Assembly: GCA_026914245.1 (NCBI GenBank)
Contig: CP110439.1
Location: 558,001-622,000, forward strand
Length of the DNA stretch: 64,000 bases
Direction of reading: 5' to 3'
DNA from: Puccinia triticina
Taxonomy: Eukaryota
Shown here: positions 61,038 to 64,000 of the stretch, piece after piece
How the letters are laid out: each line of letters opens with the position of its first letter
How positions within the stretch are numbered: the stretch's first letter is position 1
The notes under the pieces: generated by a model
The model's database searches: none
Seen by the model: the letters and a program-made list of their open reading frames with translations, nothing else
What the model was told of the DNA's origin: nothing
Program-made: the position numbers and the translations under genes

Positions 61038-61876
61038 GTGAAAAAAGATCATTTCCGCAATACTTTCCGATGAGTGCAAGTCTGTCAAATGGCCAATTAA
61101 TACTTTCAAAGGGATCTATGGCGAGCGGGACACATGGGAATATTTTATGATAAGTCTCCAGTGGCAGAAGTCCTAAAAGCTGAAACATGTTGTGAACAGT
61201 CTGATCTAGGACCACTGGTGTGACATGTCTCAGACTCGCCGCAGCCCACTCCGCAGGCCAGTGTCCGACTGCCCAGGAATGAATATTTTTGCCATTGCCC
61301 AGGCAATGGAGCTTACAAAGTGATAAGTTTGATTCTCAAAACTTGAGCATTCAAGGGATGAAGGTTATAATGCCGACTTTGTGGTGCACATATCAGGCTC
61401 ATTTATTCACGTGTGTCATTTGGCCAATAGGTTTCATAATGTGGTGAGATCAAGTCATCTCCGAGGCTGTGTCAAAAACCAAATAAAAATAAAAATAAAG
61501 CTCTCCACTCCTCGACTCCTCCCACAAGGGATAGTAAGCCACTTGTTAGGAGGGAGGCACAATGCTAACTTCTACAAGTCCCTTCAACAAATTAAAGGGG
61601 GACGCCGTCCCGCAGTGACCCTCTGAAAGGGGGACTTTTACTCCGGGTCTAACCCGCGCCTCCCGCTTAGGAGCATGAGGAAAATTGTACCATTTTTTTC
61701 TTTGCTCTAGTGCCAGTACCCGACACCGTGTCTAATTGGCTGCCTACAAAAGGAGAGGCTCTCCCAGCTTAAGAAAGTCCGTCCGAAAGATGGAAGAGGA
61801 CACCTTCCTAGAGTGGCACTGCCCCAGAGATTTGTGTGTGAGATTTGGGTTCTGGATGTCGAAACAGGAAAACTTA

Positions 61877-62085
61877 GGGCCTATACCATAGGGCATGAAC
61901 ATTGAAATTTTCCAAATTTATTTGGCTCAAAATTTCTTGGGACAAAAACTGAGCCTGGCCAAAATGTAGGCTTGAGCTTAAATGTGAAGAATTTCAACAT
62001 TTGAACCCTCTGCTAGTTTTCAATTTTTGTGTACAGGGCAAAAAAAGTTGAAATTTTTCAAAATTGAGGCCCATGGTACAGGCCT
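61877..62085. mobile_element. PIF/Harbinger-like MITE
   Basis: TIR RGGCCTRTACCAT, TTA on both flanks. Confidence 0.78.
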
Positions 62086-62544
62086 TTAGCCAGAATGGCA
62101 TGCCAATAAAAAAGTACCATATGTTGAGGTTGTTTGCTTGACTCGGGGCGGACGGGTCATAATTGCCTGTATATAGGCCCCCTCTTCCTCCGGGCGGCGC
62201 ATGCGACAGGTGGTTTACCACTCCGCGCGGGAAGCGAAAAAATTATGCAAAATGCATCATACGACAAGGGACATTTTTAGCTGCGAACCACGGACCACCC
62301 GGCACACCTTTCCAGACTTCAACTTCAAGGCACTCAAGATCAACAGCTTCCGGTACACGTCTTGTCTTCGGTCAGTCCATACGCAGACCAATGCTCGCAA
62401 GCTGTCTTTTAGCTCCCCATCTGCCTCGGCACGGGTGACGCACTAGCCTGGGCCAACGCTGCTGGCAAAAAGATGCAGCTGGCCCACGGTTCTGACACCC
62501 CTTCCACTCTTCCACCTCGTCTCGGGTTCCTTTAGATCCTACCA

Positions 62545-63511
62545 ATGGCCGTCACCACCAAGAAGAACTTTTCACGAAACCGGGCCATCGGGCCTCACGT
62601 GAACCGACTCAGCAAGTCGCAACTGTACACCAAGAAGGCTCTTTACAAGCGCCCTCACAAGGCAATCCCAAGCACTAAAGCCCCTGAAGTTGATTACGCA
62701 GCTGCTAAGACTGTGAAGGTATCATGTCCGCCTTGCCTGCTCTATTGAACTCCGATGAACTGAAGATGCGTTTCCCTCAATGATCAGGTTGGAGGTGCCA
62801 AGAACGGTGGCGAGCGTCTTGTTCCCGTTCACAAGGCCCCCCGTTTTTATCCCACGGAAGTACAATCAAAGCCCAAGAAGCCCCGCAAAGCCCACCGTGC
62901 TCCAGGTCTACGCTCCACACTGACTCCTGGCACTGTCATTATCATCCTTGCTGGTCGTTTCCGCGGCAAGCGTGCCGTGTTTCTGAAGCAACTCGAAAGT
63001 GGCCTTCTCATGATCTCCGGCCCCTTCAAGCTGAACGGCGTCCCTCTGAGACGTGTCAACCAAGCTTACGTTATCGCCACACAAACAAAGGTCGATATTT
63101 CTAGCATGAAGGTAAGGCAGCTTCCCTGTCTGACTTGGTGGTACTCATACTGAAACGTCCACTTGACAGCTTGATGCAAAGTTCAACGATGTATATTTCG
63201 CCAAGGAGAAGAAGACCCGATGCCAGCGGGCCGAAGCTAAAGAATTCTTCGCCGAAAACGGCGAGCGGGAGAAGAAGAAATGCCCTGACAGCCGAATTGC
63301 TGACCAAAAGACCGTTAGTATTTCCCTCCTAAATAGCTCGTTTGGTATCATAACAACTAACAGTCTCGTTTTATAATCCATCACGGGTCATGAATCCCAG
63401 GTTGATAAATCTCTAATTGCTGCCATTGTACAAACCCCCGTGCTTGCCAAGTACTTGGCGACTCCTTTTGGTTTATCTAACGGCGATTTCCCTCACCGCA
63501 TGAAATTTTGA
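62545..63511 (+). CDS. RPL6: 60S ribosomal protein eL6
   Basis: [46 protein letters not shown], ends PHRMKF. Confidence 0.96.
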
Positions 63512-64000
63512 AATAAATTGCCCAGCGTCTGAATTGTCCATGTCCTGTTATCCGTAACCATATCTATACTCACAAGTACGATTAATCGTTTGCACGCCCC
63601 AACCGTATTTACAGCGATGCCTCGGTCAGACCCGGTCATACTAAAGTACATACAATTAACGACCTGTTACATAATTCGAGATATCTGAGCTTCTCACCCT
63701 GGCTCGCTGTACCCTCCTCAACCCTCATAAGTCCGGGGGACCTCAGGTCCTATTCAACTCCTAACAATAGACCTCATTACTGTTTGAGGGACATTTTGTC
63801 TCAATCCCCCGTTGGACTGAGCCTTCAGGAGATAAAGCGAGGGAGATATAGCGGCGGAGCCTTATGGATACTTGTCTAATGACAGCCCGACGGTGATCAC
63901 TGAAACTTTGAGAAAAGGTAAAATAAGTTGACCCTCTTCTACCCTTGCACCTGACCTGGAAGTTGCTGTAGCGTTATATTTCGGGTTTTCAGAATATGTA

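Noticed and set aside
61575..61650. RNase MRP-like AAAGTCCCC motif on the minus strand
   Set aside because: Only a local inverted match; no properly spaced second conserved region.

Overview
Eukaryotic, intron-rich fungal DNA, most consistent with a rust fungus (Pucciniales); this is inferred from gene style and TE content, not from a database search. Positions ~1-28 kb are a nested transposon field: a full-length Copia element with identical TG...TA LTRs, a hAT inside a hAT, several solo LTRs, MITEs, a TIR element carrying kinase fragments and two tRNA-like relics. Positions ~28-40 kb hold three secreted-protein (candidate effector) genes, a THOC5-like gene and a foldback repeat. Positions ~41-64 kb are gene-dense: MPP-beta, a GPI-type protein, a Whi5/Nrm1-like repressor, RPL36/RPL25, a UCH, MOB4/phocein and RPL6. 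The main observation is that four LTR or LTR-like sequences with no shared sequence have the same layout near their 3' end: repeat copy 1, GT donor, spacer, repeat copy 2 ending at an AG acceptor. This suggests a spliceosomal intron that can be rebuilt at each round of reverse transcription. Also notable are a PBS matching a tRNA-Lys(UUU) half-molecule, a group of elements with 7-bp TSDs and a 1.1-kb hairpin-rich intron. All coordinates were read by eye.
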